Of a DNA stretch of 39,581 bases, positions 8,941 to 18,683 are shown one piece after another; position 1 is the first letter of the stretch; the number at the start of each line of letters is the position of its first letter. The translations under genes and the position numbers were made by a program. This DNA is from a virus (Duplodnaviria; Caudoviricetes): IMG/VR virus record IMGVR_UViG_3300017978_000178, positions 1 through 39,581 of that record; one strand, written 5' to 3'. The notes beneath the pieces are model-generated. The model was not told the DNA's origin, ran no database searches, and saw only the letters and a program-made list of their open reading frames with translations.

Positions 8941-10047
8941 ATGGCTAACGTAACACAATCTCTATTTGGTTTCACTCCTCAAGACATCCAAGCACAACGG
9001 GATGCAGAGATGCAAAAGCAAGCGTTACAGTTTGCTCGGTTGTCTCCTCTGGAATCAGCTCGTATGGGCTTATTTCAAGGTATTACTCAGCTAGGCAATG
9101 CTGCTGGTGCGGCTCTGGGCTATGAAGACCCTGAGATGGCTCAAGCTCGTGCCCGTCAAGGTTTGCTCGGTGGTTTGGATATTGGTGATCCTAATGCACT
9201 GCGTACTGCTGCTGCTAATGCTGATCCTCAGACTGCTAACCTTTTGATTGGTCGTGCTTTGGAGCTGGAGAAAGGCATTGCAGATGTCGATGCTGCCAAG
9301 GCTTTGGCTAACCAGCGCAATCGTGAAGCTGATCCTGTGCAAGAGCTGGCTAAGACTGGTAAATATACCACTGCTTCGTTGGGTAAATATGCTCAAACCC
9401 GCAACGTGAATGATTTGGTCTTGACTGAAAATCTAACCCAGACTGAAATTGAAAAGCTCCAACTGTATCGTGATAGTTTGACCGATCCTGTAAAGATTGC
9501 TGAAGTTAATAAAGTGATTGAAGGTGTTTCAAAAGGACGAGGAACTACCGTAACTGTCTCACCTACGATTAAACAAGGTGCAAGCGTAACTGACTTGATG
9601 AATAACATTGACAAGTTAACAGCACCTGACCAAGAGATGCTTCGCTCCGTTGAGACTACTAAGCAGTTGATTAACGTAGCGGCTACTTCTAACAACTCTC
9701 AGGCTTGGGAAGCTGCTCGAACACAGGTTGCTAAAGCTATTGGTGAGGGTAAGCTGTCTAACGAAGACATCCGCAGGACTGGTGTTGATCCTCGTCTTGT
9801 TCAAGGTGCTTTGGATTGGGCTAACAAGAAGATTGAGGGTGTTCCTAATCAAGACATTATGAAACAGCTCTATACTGTGGCTTCGCTGCTAGAGAAAACA
9901 AGTGTAGATCGTATCAATAAGAAGATGGGCAAGGCTCGCACTATTGGGGTGAAAGAAGGTAACTTGAGTGAAGATACTGCTCAAACTCTATTCCCTAATA
10001 TAGGGTCAAACACCGACGCTGTTGAGTGGTCTCAGCTTAAAAAATAA
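8941..10047 (+). CDS. Internal virion (ejection) protein
   Basis: Helical Ala/Gln-rich protein in the ejectosome position. Confidence 0.55.
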   Translation: MANVTQSLFGFTPQDIQAQRDAEMQKQALQFARLSPLESARMGLFQGITQLGNAAGAALGYEDPEMAQARARQGLLGGLDIGDPNALRTAAANADPQTANLLIGRALELEKGIADVDAAKALANQRNREADPVQELAKTGKYTTASLGKYAQTRNVNDLVLTENLTQTEIEKLQLYRDSLTDPVKIAEVNKVIEGVSKGRGTTVTVSPTIKQGASVTDLMNNIDKLTAPDQEMLRSVETTKQLINVAATSNNSQAWEAARTQVAKAIGEGKLSNEDIRRTGVDPRLVQGALDWANKKIEGVPNQDIMKQLYTVASLLEKTSVDRINKKMGKARTIGVKEGNLSEDTAQTLFPNIGSNTDAVEWSQLKK

Positions 10048-10062
10048 AGCAAGGAAATTAAC

Positions 10063-12651
10063 ATGGACGTGAAACTGCCAAATGGTAAGATTATTAAAGG
10101 TGTCCCAGAAGGCACTTCTAAAGAAGAAGTAGCTCGGGCTGCCATTCGTAATGGAATGGCTAAACCGGAAGACTTTGGCTTGAACCCACAGACATGGGAA
10201 ATTCCCGGTGAGTCAGCCACTGGCCCACGACAGCAGCCTGTTCCTGCTGAAGCACAAGTTAAACCTCGCACATGGGTGGATGACGCTCTTCAAGGAGCTA
10301 TGGCTGTTCCTATCATGGCAGGGGCTGCTCGTGGTGCTCAACTCCTGACGCAGGGCAGTCGTGTAGCCCCTTACGCTGCAAACCTTGCTTCGGCAGTTAT
10401 TCCACAAACAGGTCGAGGCTTGGCGTTTGAAGGCGCTCTTGGTGCAGCTTCAGGTGTTGCTGCTGGTGCAGCGGAAAGAGCTACCCCTGAAGACAGCGCA
10501 CTGCGGCCTGTTGTTGGCCCCGTAGTCGGTGCTGTAACAGCTGCTCCGTTTGCACTAGGGAAGAACGCTTTTGACTTGTGGGTTTCTCGTGGTATGGGGT
10601 CTGAGTTGTCGCAAACAGCCCAAGGTGCTTCTAATGTCTTAGGGCAAGCTCAAGCCTCTGTTCAAGCTCAGACCGCTTTACGTGCTAACCCTCAGCTCGG
10701 CCCTACGGTTCTTCGAGCTGCTGAGATTGAGCAACAAACTGGTATCAGTCTTCCTATGTTAGCTGCTGCTGACGGGGATACTACTATTAGTACCTATCTC
10801 CAGTCTCAAATGTCACGAGGCTCTAACGTAGAGTTCACTGCTGCTCTAAAACAACAGTATGAAGCTGCTGAAAAGGCTCTTAAAGCTGCTCAACGAGGTA
10901 AGACACCATCCATGCAAGAGGTGGACGCTTACGTTAAAAAGAAGGCACTAGAAGCCCAACAGAAGAACACTCAACTGGTGGCGACTGCTCAACAAAAAGC
11001 AGCTAAACGAGAGATGGGCTTGACTAAGATTGACGAGGCTATCACAAGCCTTACCTCTAAGCTACAAGCTCCGGGTAATCTGGAGACAGGTAAACGGTTG
11101 TCAAGTTTGATTGATGCCAAAGAAGCTGCGATTCGTTCAGAGCTTAGTCCTCAATACGAAGAACTCCTGACTTCAGCAAAAGAAATGGGTATCAGTCTTC
11201 CCGGCGACGCTGCGAAAGAATTACGTAACTTCACCTCAGACCAACTGAACAAAGATGTCTTCCAGAAGTTTCCTCGTTTGTATGGTTTGATTCAGAAAGA
11301 GTTTACCACTCCTGCTACAACCTCGACAAAGATTACTGAAAAGTATCGGGTTGCTAAACAAGCTCCTGTTCCTAAAGATGTTCCTTTGTCTACGTTGGAT
11401 AGCTTGAAACGAGAGGTCAATCGCTCTATTCGTGACACAGACAACAAAGATGATCTTCGTCGTTTGTATCTCTTGAAAGACCAAGTAGAGACAGCTATTG
11501 ATGCAGTTGATCCTGCTTTTGCTCAAGCCTACCGTGCGCTGGATCGAGAGTATGCTACCCGTCTTGGTTTACCTTTCAAAGAGCAAGGCGTGGTGAACAT
11601 CAATCGTGCTAAGTTCGTTGAGGATACTGTCCCTAAAATGACACAGAACGCTTCTTCTTTGAAGCAGACTATGGCTATTGTCGGGGACAATCCTGAAGGT
11701 ATCCAGCTTGTTAAAGATGCTTTCCTGTACGACATCAGTCAGAATCGCTCTATTGTTAACCTTCAAGGACAGATTAACCCTGCCCAACTGAAGCGTTACA
11801 TGGGAGCGAATAAGGACAAAATTGACCAAGTTCCCGGCCTTCGTCAGGAGCTTGAGACTCTCGGTTCTCGCGTGGCTGATTTACAAACCAATCGTACCCG
11901 TATTCTGGAAGCCCAGAAGAACGATAAGATTGCTACTGTGGAAAACCTCTGGACTAAATCCTATGGTACTTCTGATGGTATTTCAGGCGTGGTTCGTCAA
12001 GCTTTGAATAACCCTCAGAAGCTAGACGAGCTGATCTCTATCACCTCTAAGGATAAAGTAGCTCAGGAAGGTGTTAAAGCAGCTTTGCTTAATGACGTTC
12101 TTCAGGCTCAGGGTGATCGTGTGGAGCTGTTCACTACTAACCGTGCAGCTTTTGAAAAGATGTTTGGTCGGAATGAAACTAAAAACATTGAGTTTATTGT
12201 AGAAGCATCTCAACGATTGAAAGACAACCCATTCAAGTTCAACATCAATCCTGCCACCATTGAAAAGACTAAGTTTGAAGAAACATTTGGGACTAAACCT
12301 TCTACCTCTTTAGGTGAATTCAGGAACCAGATTCTTTCTCCTGCCCGTGTTGTAATTAACCACTTGTCTCGTTTCTTCCAAGGACAGTCTAGTAAGACTG
12401 AATCCGAAGAAGTCCAGAAGTTTTTGCTTGATCCTAAGAATCTTGAACTCTCCGCTCAAATGATGGCAGAGTTTGAGACTAAAGGGTTTACAGACAAAGC
12501 TTTTAATATTCTAGGCAAAATGGCTAAGAACAGCGGAAGTGCTTATATGTTTGGCGGTGCGACAGGTGCTCTGGTTGGTTCTCAGCAAGAAGCCGCTCCG
12601 TCCTATCAACCTGACGATGCAACCTTGCTTGAAGGTTTTGGTCAACAATAA
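10063..12651 (+). CDS. Large internal virion (ejection) protein
   Basis: 862 aa, helical, MDVKLPNGKIIKGVPEG N-terminus typical of such proteins; last of a triplet. Confidence 0.6.
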   Translation: MDVKLPNGKIIKGVPEGTSKEEVARAAIRNGMAKPEDFGLNPQTWEIPGESATGPRQQPVPAEAQVKPRTWVDDALQGAMAVPIMAGAARGAQLLTQGSRVAPYAANLASAVIPQTGRGLAFEGALGAASGVAAGAAERATPEDSALRPVVGPVVGAVTAAPFALGKNAFDLWVSRGMGSELSQTAQGASNVLGQAQASVQAQTALRANPQLGPTVLRAAEIEQQTGISLPMLAAADGDTTISTYLQSQMSRGSNVEFTAALKQQYEAAEKALKAAQRGKTPSMQEVDAYVKKKALEAQQKNTQLVATAQQKAAKREMGLTKIDEAITSLTSKLQAPGNLETGKRLSSLIDAKEAAIRSELSPQYEELLTSAKEMGISLPGDAAKELRNFTSDQLNKDVFQKFPRLYGLIQKEFTTPATTSTKITEKYRVAKQAPVPKDVPLSTLDSLKREVNRSIRDTDNKDDLRRLYLLKDQVETAIDAVDPAFAQAYRALDREYATRLGLPFKEQGVVNINRAKFVEDTVPKMTQNASSLKQTMAIVGDNPEGIQLVKDAFLYDISQNRSIVNLQGQINPAQLKRYMGANKDKIDQVPGLRQELETLGSRVADLQTNRTRILEAQKNDKIATVENLWTKSYGTSDGISGVVRQALNNPQKLDELISITSKDKVAQEGVKAALLNDVLQAQGDRVELFTTNRAAFEKMFGRNETKNIEFIVEASQRLKDNPFKFNINPATIEKTKFEETFGTKPSTSLGEFRNQILSPARVVINHLSRFFQGQSSKTESEEVQKFLLDPKNLELSAQMMAEFETKGFTDKAFNILGKMAKNSGSAYMFGGATGALVGSQQEAAPSYQPDDATLLEGFGQQ

Positions 12652-12660
12652 GGAGAATAA

Positions 12661-13122
12661 ATGCAACTAAGTAAAAACTTCAGCGTAGCTGAACTCAGTA
12701 AGTCAGAAGCAGCCGTTCGACAAGGGTTGGATAACACTCCTTCGATGATTGCTATTGACAACCTTCAGTTGTTGGTAGACAACATCCTACAGCCTGTACG
12801 TGATAAGTTTGGGCCTGTGGTTGTAACCTCTGCATATCGCAGCCCTGCTGTGAACAAGGCCATTGGTGGTTCTGCCACCTCTGACCACTGCAAAGGCCAA
12901 GCTGCTGACTTTGAAGTCATGGGTATGCACAACAAGGAACTAGCTGAATGGATTAAGGACAACCTGAAGTTCACACAGCTCATCCTTGAGTTCCCGTCCA
13001 AGACTGATCCTAACGCAGGATGGGTGCATTGTAGCTACGACAAAGACAACCTTAAATGCCAAGTCCTCACTGCTGTGAAGGTTGGTGGTAAGACTGTCTA
13101 TCAACAAGGGTTGGTCGTATGA
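12661..13122 (+). CDS. Endolysin, peptidase M15A family
   Basis: SAYRSPAVN..IGGS.TSDH.KGQAADF...WVHCS Zn-binding motif. Confidence 0.9.
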   Translation: MQLSKNFSVAELSKSEAAVRQGLDNTPSMIAIDNLQLLVDNILQPVRDKFGPVVVTSAYRSPAVNKAIGGSATSDHCKGQAADFEVMGMHNKELAEWIKDNLKFTQLILEFPSKTDPNAGWVHCSYDKDNLKCQVLTAVKVGGKTVYQQGLVV

Positions 13123-13685
13123 TTCCATTAGCAGGACTATTGGAGATTGGCGGCAAGCGTCAAATCTTAGGACTGGATTCTGGAGTGTTTTATAAAGAAT
13201 GTGAAAGCTGTGCGGAGTCAAAACCTTCTAAAAACTTTCGATTAAGAACAGAATCTAAAAACCATTCTAGACGTCCTTTCTGCTTGTCCTGCGAAAAGAT
13301 CAAACGAAATAACAACTACCATAATAAAAAACAAGAGCATATTTCAAAGGTTGTGGAATATCGACTACAAAACTGGGAACTAAAAATGCTGTGGCAAGCC
13401 AAAAGCTCTGCATCACAGAAAGGACTGTCTTTTGATTTAGAGGTGTCCGATATTGTTATTCCAGAGAACTGTAAATATTTAGGTATTCCGCTAACTAGAC
13501 AACTTGGAAACGGTGTTACTTGGAGTAATGCTTCATTGGATAGGATCGACTCTGACAAAGGTTACATCAAAGGAAATGTTGAAGTAATCTCAAGACAAGC
13601 AAATTCAATGAAAAATATGGCAAGTAAAGAAGAACTGTTGACATTTGCAAGAAATGTTCTTGCCTTATATGGAGATAAAGAATGA
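13119..13685 (+). CDS. HNH endonuclease fused to a holin-like N-terminal 13 codons
   Basis: CxxC pairs, SLDRIDSDKGYIKGNVEVISRQAN; begins MIPLAGLLEIGGK, resembling the start of the downstream holin. Confidence 0.85.
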   Translation: MIPLAGLLEIGGKRQILGLDSGVFYKECESCAESKPSKNFRLRTESKNHSRRPFCLSCEKIKRNNNYHNKKQEHISKVVEYRLQNWELKMLWQAKSSASQKGLSFDLEVSDIVIPENCKYLGIPLTRQLGNGVTWSNASLDRIDSDKGYIKGNVEVISRQANSMKNMASKEELLTFARNVLALYGDKE

Positions 13686-14101
13686 TTCCAATCGCTCAGT
13701 TGTTAAATCTAGGTACACACTTAGTAGACAAACTCATCCCTGATCCAGAAGCTAAAGCTCGGGCACAACTTGAGCTAACGAAGCTGGCGCAGGATGGTGA
13801 ACTGGCTAAGATTGCCAATGAGACTGACCTCTACAAGACGGAGCAAAACAACCTCACAGAGCGCATGAGGGCTGATATGGCCTCTGACTCTTGGTTGTCT
13901 AAGAATATCCGTCCTATGACCCTTGTAGCTATCTTCGTGGGCTACTTCCTCTTTGCCTTGATGTCAGCGTTTGATTATGATGCTAACGAGGTTTACGTCA
14001 CCCTGCTTGGTCAGTGGGGTATGTTGGTTATGTCCTTCTACTTCGGTGGTCGCACCTTGGAGAAGATCATGGACATGAAAGCTGGTAAGAAAGGAGAATA
14101 A
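13682..14101 (+). CDS. Holin (3TM GTA-holin-like)
   Basis: DKLIPDP..KA.AQLEL, SDSWLSKNIRP, FYFGGRTLEK; next to the endolysin. Confidence 0.8.
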   Translation: MIPIAQLLNLGTHLVDKLIPDPEAKARAQLELTKLAQDGELAKIANETDLYKTEQNNLTERMRADMASDSWLSKNIRPMTLVAIFVGYFLFALMSAFDYDANEVYVTLLGQWGMLVMSFYFGGRTLEKIMDMKAGKKGE

Positions 14102-14102
14102 T

Positions 14103-14159
14103 ATGCCATGTGGTTCTGGTTACGGTAAAAAAGGCAAGAAGAAGCCTCCTAAGCGCTAA
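14103..14159 (+). CDS. 18-aa basic micropeptide MPCGSGYGKKGKKKPPKR
   Basis: Strong RBS AAGGAG upstream; ends just before the terminator. Confidence 0.5.
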   Translation: MPCGSGYGKKGKKKPPKR

Positions 14160-14170
14160 GTTAAGCTAAT

Positions 14171-14230
14171 AAAAAAAGCCCCTGCAAGGTAGACTCCATA
14201 AGGTCTACTTTGACAGGGGCTTTCTTGTTT
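14171..14230. terminator. Bidirectional terminator between the converging arms
   Basis: AAAAAAAGCCCCTG...CAGGGGCTTT long hairpin with an inner GTAGAC/GTCTAC stem and A/T runs on both sides. Confidence 0.9.
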
Positions 14231-14236
14231 CTAGGG

Positions 14237-14392
14237 TTAGTACATCATGGACAGAGTACCCAGACCTAGATGCAGGTTGATGCAGTTAGCAACGATACCT
14301 TCATCCTTGTCGTCCTCCTCGTTCATGACCAATACTTCCTCGTATTCCAGTCCGAAGACCAGACCTGTTTTCCAACTAAAATCAAAGATCAT
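14237..14392 (-). CDS. Hypothetical 51 aa protein
   Basis: MIFDFSWKTGLVFGLEYEE..., ATGA-coupled to the upstream ORF. Confidence 0.6.
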   Translation of the reverse strand: MIFDFSWKTGLVFGLEYEEVLVMNEEDDKDEGIVANCINLHLGLGTLSMMY

Positions 14393-14568
14393 TCTTGTTC
14401 CTTGTTTTCATAATTAACATAGGCTATAAGGGTTGGCTCCACTTTGATATAGGATATGTCTTTTTCTACCATAAGCTCTTCAATCAAGCGAGAGAGGCTC
14501 TGGTCTTCAACTATGAAAACTAGAGTCTCAAGATACAACTGCCTGTGTCTTTCTACTTTCCACATCAT
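14389..14568 (-). CDS. Hypothetical 59 aa protein
   Basis: RBS AAGGAG; MMWKVERHRQLYLETLVF... Confidence 0.55.
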   Translation of the reverse strand: MMWKVERHRQLYLETLVFIVEDQSLSRLIEELMVEKDISYIKVEPTLIAYVNYENKEQE

Positions 14569-14577
14569 ATCTACTCC

Positions 14578-16497
14578 TTAGCGAACTGGGCAAGCACCAG
14601 AGGCACACTCAGCATCGTCCAGACCAATATCCAGCGAACTGATGCTGGTAATCAATCGGGTCTTAGCCACCAACTCGTCATACTGCTCTTTCGTAATCTC
14701 TTCCAGAGGAGCTTGTTTGAACCCGTGCTCATTGTGCAACAGGAACGACAAACTCTTATGGTTGGTCTTGTAGTTCTTCTTCAAGTATTTCTTGATCTCA
14801 GGCAACTCCTCCATACGATAGTACACGGTACAACTCACACTGTTATCACTCCACTCAGACTGCAACCACTTGATTGTCTCCAACTGGTCAATAGCAGTCA
14901 TGTCTTTAGCCAACACCGCATTGTCAGGGTGTCGGAAGGGGAAAGACACAACCATTGTTGAACGGTCTTCTGAACCATCAAAGTTCTGCTGGTACTCCAC
15001 AGGGTAGCCATGATCTCGACAAGTCTGCACCAACGGGTGATTGGCACTGATACGAATACGACGAATCATGTATCGGGCATAGGCTGGATGGCAACCCGGA
15101 GTCACACCGGGGAGCAACGACAGCGTACCAGAAGGCTTGACCGTGGTAATCTTAATCGACTCAGGGAAACCATTTTTAGCAGAATACTCCTTATCAAACT
15201 CACGCAGTTGCGTATACACATCATTCAACCAAGACTTCTGTTCCTCAGACGACTGCAAGACACCAGTGATACCGATACCCATACGCATATTCTTGTGGAC
15301 AATCTCCTCAGTGACCTTCAAGTGGAAGGGCAAAGCCAGAGAGTGTTTATTCACTCGATACAGCAGTTTAGCAACATCAGCCAGTTCTTCCTTACTCGTC
15401 ACATTGGGCAAGTAAATCTCAGCCAAGCAGCAGGTCTCACCATCAGCCAAGCTCTGCTCCGCACAAGGGTTGTAGCCTTGAACTTCAGGATCAGGATACT
15501 CTGTCTCACCTAGGCGTCCAACTTTACGGGAGAGCTTGAGGTTAATAAGTCCATAAGGTTCTCCTTTGCCTTCGTATCCATCCCAGAAGAAGTCATGAAG
15601 GTCTCCAATGTCGTGGCAAACAACGCTGTTGTTGGACATTGCGCGCCACGATGGAATATTTCCCAAGTCCCATCGTTTAGCAAGCAGATATTCCACATCG
15701 TCAGCATCTCCAATAGCAATCTGAGCACTACGGCGCACGTTACCAGCAACGACAACAGCACCAATGATGTTCATGATGTCCAAGCAATCAACTGGACGGA
15801 GCTTCTTACCTGCTCGTTTCTCCAGAATCTCACCAATCTTACCGATACCCCAAACCAAGTCCTCTGGGCCACTAGCTGTGCCGCCAAAGCCTTTGATAGG
15901 AGCGCCTTTAGAACGAATCAACTGTGTTGAGTAGCTGAACGTCTGCTTACCACTCTTATGGGCTAGAAAGGCCGCTTTGAGCGTTTTGCCGAGTAGTGCC
16001 ACCCATCCCTCACGAGAGTCAGGAACAATAAAGTCAGCATCAGCAGAATCAATACGGGTAGGCCGAACAAAATTCTCATTGACAGGAGGAAGTTTCTCCA
16101 CGTTCTGCTTTTGAATATTGTAACCAACACCAGACCCCAACATCAACAAATCCATTGCCCAAGTAAACGGCTCCACAGGAGAGTTCACCACCTTAAATGC
16201 ACAGTTCTGGAGGCTTGCACCACCCAACTTACCCACTGTGTCTGTACCCAACTGCCACAGGAATCGACCTGCAACAGTACCCTTCAACTCCAGCATATAA
16301 CGCTTCAGACGCTGCTCTTCCTCAGCAGTGAAGTTACATTTCAACTGGTTACGAGCACCATTGACAACACGGTTAATGGTGTCTTCAAACTCTTCTGTTG
16401 GGCTGTCAGCATCATTCTCATTCAAGCGGCGGGAATAGGTGCGCTTGTAGGTCAGGTAACCAACGGAGCTAAACGGGGTAACAATTTCATTCGTCAT
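14578..16497 (-). CDS. nrdJ: Class II (adenosylcobalamin-dependent) monomeric ribonucleotide reductase
   Basis: TYKRTYSR, GRFLW..G, LQNCAF, NVRRSA, NPCAEQ, TTVKPSGT and C-terminal CASGACPVR redox pair; no beta subunit gene seen. Confidence 0.93.
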   Translation of the reverse strand: MTNEIVTPFSSVGYLTYKRTYSRRLNENDADSPTEEFEDTINRVVNGARNQLKCNFTAEEEQRLKRYMLELKGTVAGRFLWQLGTDTVGKLGGASLQNCAFKVVNSPVEPFTWAMDLLMLGSGVGYNIQKQNVEKLPPVNENFVRPTRIDSADADFIVPDSREGWVALLGKTLKAAFLAHKSGKQTFSYSTQLIRSKGAPIKGFGGTASGPEDLVWGIGKIGEILEKRAGKKLRPVDCLDIMNIIGAVVVAGNVRRSAQIAIGDADDVEYLLAKRWDLGNIPSWRAMSNNSVVCHDIGDLHDFFWDGYEGKGEPYGLINLKLSRKVGRLGETEYPDPEVQGYNPCAEQSLADGETCCLAEIYLPNVTSKEELADVAKLLYRVNKHSLALPFHLKVTEEIVHKNMRMGIGITGVLQSSEEQKSWLNDVYTQLREFDKEYSAKNGFPESIKITTVKPSGTLSLLPGVTPGCHPAYARYMIRRIRISANHPLVQTCRDHGYPVEYQQNFDGSEDRSTMVVSFPFRHPDNAVLAKDMTAIDQLETIKWLQSEWSDNSVSCTVYYRMEELPEIKKYLKKNYKTNHKSLSFLLHNEHGFKQAPLEEITKEQYDELVAKTRLITSISSLDIGLDDAECASGACPVR

Positions 16498-16651
16498 TCA
16501 AATAATCCTTTAATTTATCTTGTTGTTCTTCAATCTCGTCGCTGAACTTCTCCACGATGTCCTCGCTTCTGATGTTCAGTAACTCAATTAGCATAGTCTC
16601 TTCTACTTCTCGAAGACGCTCCTTCAGTTCTGGGAAAGTGATGTTACTCAT
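16487..16651 (-). CDS. Hypothetical acidic 54 aa protein
   Basis: MSNITFPELKERLREVEETMLIELLNIRSEDIVEKFSDEIEE..., overlaps both neighbours. Confidence 0.65.
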   Translation of the reverse strand: MSNITFPELKERLREVEETMLIELLNIRSEDIVEKFSDEIEEQQDKLKDYLNDE

Positions 16652-17093
16652 ATGCATCGATCATCTTATCCAAATACCAACGAGCCTTCTTCAGGTCTTC
16701 CACACCATTCTTGTCCATGTAGCGCATGACATACTGCATCATCTGCACATAGTCAGCCTCAAACAGAGGAGCTTCTTTCCAGAAAGGGATAGCATGGCCT
16801 TCACGTACCTTGTTGACCAGCTTCTCAATCACATCTCGAACCTCAATACCTTTATCATCAGCACTTCGCATACCAATCTCTTCAGGAGAGAATAGCATAT
16901 AGTGCTTAGGTTTGTTCACAGTGTCGTACTCCCATGATAGTTTTCCTGTCTGTTTAAACACAGGGCTATCAGACACATCCTTGAACACATCCCGATGCAC
17001 ATACTTAGCCGTAGCAAAGCATGAGTTACACGGAGCCTCTCTAGGGTCTACTTCTTGGTAGAAGCAACCGTTACAATCAGGGTTTTTGCTCAT
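16644..17093 (-). CDS. DUF3310 / T7 gp1.7-like putative nucleotide kinase with N-terminal Cys motif
   Basis: DTVNKPKHY...KNGVEDLKKARWYL; CNGC...CNSC. Confidence 0.75.
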   Translation of the reverse strand: MSKNPDCNGCFYQEVDPREAPCNSCFATAKYVHRDVFKDVSDSPVFKQTGKLSWEYDTVNKPKHYMLFSPEEIGMRSADDKGIEVRDVIEKLVNKVREGHAIPFWKEAPLFEADYVQMMQYVMRYMDKNGVEDLKKARWYLDKMIDAYE

Positions 17094-17865
17094 ATTTCTC
17101 CTCCCCACCGTATTTACGGCTTAGATACTCAATACTGAGGAACATCTCATCGAAGTGACCATCTTCAACCTCATTGAGCATTACAAGACCACGCCAGTGT
17201 TTATTCGACAACTGATCCATGTAATCCTCATCGTGAAGATAGTAACTCCCTGCGATTATACCACAGATTGACTTACCATCAGCTCTCTTTCCATAAGCCA
17301 CCTGCTTACCCTGCATATGTCCAGCAACACAGCTCATGTGGAGCTTATTAACCAAGACAGAGGCACTGGAAGCAGGACGGCCCATTGCGCCAACAGGCCA
17401 GTAGTGGTTGAACCCCACACCATTAATGAACACTGGATGTAAGAACTCATGAACTTCCCAATCCTTCTCATATCCAAGGTCTTTGGTGCTGATAAGCCCT
17501 TCCAACATTGGGTTATTGTTCACCGCACGGTTGATACGATTCTCGTGGTTCCCAAGCGTCAGAATCATCCGAGGCTTGTATACCTTCTCCTTGTTCCGTT
17601 TCAACCGTTCCTGTTCATCTCGCAGAGGCTGTAGAAGAAGCTTCATAGCCTCTTTAACAGCCTCTACGTCCTTCTGGTAGCGTAAGCCTTCAAAGTACTT
17701 AGAACCCTTGATGTCGTGTGTTGAGAGACTAGGCATATCAGCGAAGTCTCCGATGTTCACAACCACATCAGGTTTATAGTCCACGATAGCCTTACCTGCC
17801 CAAGTCAAGTGTTGGAGAGGAATACCCTCCTTCACCTGTGCATCAGGAATGACTAAGATTTTCAT
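17077..17865 (-). CDS. Calcineurin-like metallophosphoesterase
   Basis: IPDAQ, GDFAD, GNHE, FNHY and GHMQ motifs. Confidence 0.85.
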   Translation of the reverse strand: MKILVIPDAQVKEGIPLQHLTWAGKAIVDYKPDVVVNIGDFADMPSLSTHDIKGSKYFEGLRYQKDVEAVKEAMKLLLQPLRDEQERLKRNKEKVYKPRMILTLGNHENRINRAVNNNPMLEGLISTKDLGYEKDWEVHEFLHPVFINGVGFNHYWPVGAMGRPASSASVLVNKLHMSCVAGHMQGKQVAYGKRADGKSICGIIAGSYYLHDEDYMDQLSNKHWRGLVMLNEVEDGHFDEMFLSIEYLSRKYGGEEKYEQKP

Positions 17866-18185
17866 TAGAACTCCTGATTATTCCGACGAACGCCGGGAAC
17901 GTCACCGTAGCCTTCGTCACCCTGTTTATAAACCTTGCCTTCTGTGTGGTCAAACGTAGGACGTTCATCATCAAGCCACAACCCCCAGACCATGCCTCCA
18001 GCAGCTACCTTGTCTCGGATAGAGTAGCCATAGACTTGACCAAGGATGTCTACATACTCACGGAGGTGGTCTGTCCACGGAGCAGCATCATCAATCTCTA
18101 CCTTACGGATAGTAGTACCGTATTCCTCGTGTTCAAATTTGATTGTAACACGGTATTTAGTGATTTCATTCTCGTTCATTGCCAT
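17865..18185 (-). CDS. Hypothetical protein
   Basis: ORF packed within the operon. Confidence 0.6.
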   Translation of the reverse strand: MAMNENEITKYRVTIKFEHEEYGTTIRKVEIDDAAPWTDHLREYVDILGQVYGYSIRDKVAAGGMVWGLWLDDERPTFDHTEGKVYKQGDEGYGDVPGVRRNNQEF

Positions 18186-18480
18186 TTCCTTTCAGGGTTC
18201 CTTTGAGTTTACGAGCAGCCAGTTTGTCTAGGTTCTGTTGAGCAATATCCTCCAACTTGTAACCAAAGACATGAGCACATCCTGCTACTTGCCACAATAC
18301 ATCACCTAGCTCTTTCTTAACTAGGTTCCAGTCTAAATCTCCACCATCTCGCTGATTCTTGGCAAACAAGCTGTGAAGCTCACCCACCTCGCTACTGAGA
18401 TTCAAGAGCATATAAGGAGCATTGTTAGCTGATTCCAACAATGTCCCCATAGCCTTGTTCTGATAGTCATTCATTCTCAT
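18166..18480 (-). CDS. MazG-like NTP pyrophosphohydrolase
   Basis: SEVGEL...KKELGDVLW...NLDKL..R. Confidence 0.85.
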   Translation of the reverse strand: MRMNDYQNKAMGTLLESANNAPYMLLNLSSEVGELHSLFAKNQRDGGDLDWNLVKKELGDVLWQVAGCAHVFGYKLEDIAQQNLDKLAARKLKGTLKGNGNERE

Positions 18481-18683
18481 GTTGTTTTACCTCTTTCAAT
18501 AAAAGCATCAACACCGCCTACCATCTTGGCATAGGATGTTGTTACTTCTTTGTTGCACTTAGAGCAATAAAAGTGATAACTGATCTTTGTAAAGTCTTCA
18601 TCGATTGGAGTCTCAGTTGCGTCTTTCGCTACCTGTAAAAACTCAAAAGGATGCTTACATTTAAAGATGTTCATCTCACTCAC
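18477..18683 (-). CDS. Hypothetical Zn-finger-like protein
   Basis: CKHP...CSKC; start uncertain. Confidence 0.5.
   Translation of the reverse strand: MSEMNIFKCKHPFEFLQVAKDATETPIDEDFTKISYHFYCSKCNKEVTTSYAKMVGGVDAFIERGKTT

Noticed and set aside
13119-13720. Group I intron or intein interrupting the holin
   Set aside because: No room for ribozyme core elements, no intein terminal residues, and the downstream holin has its own RBS and complete start
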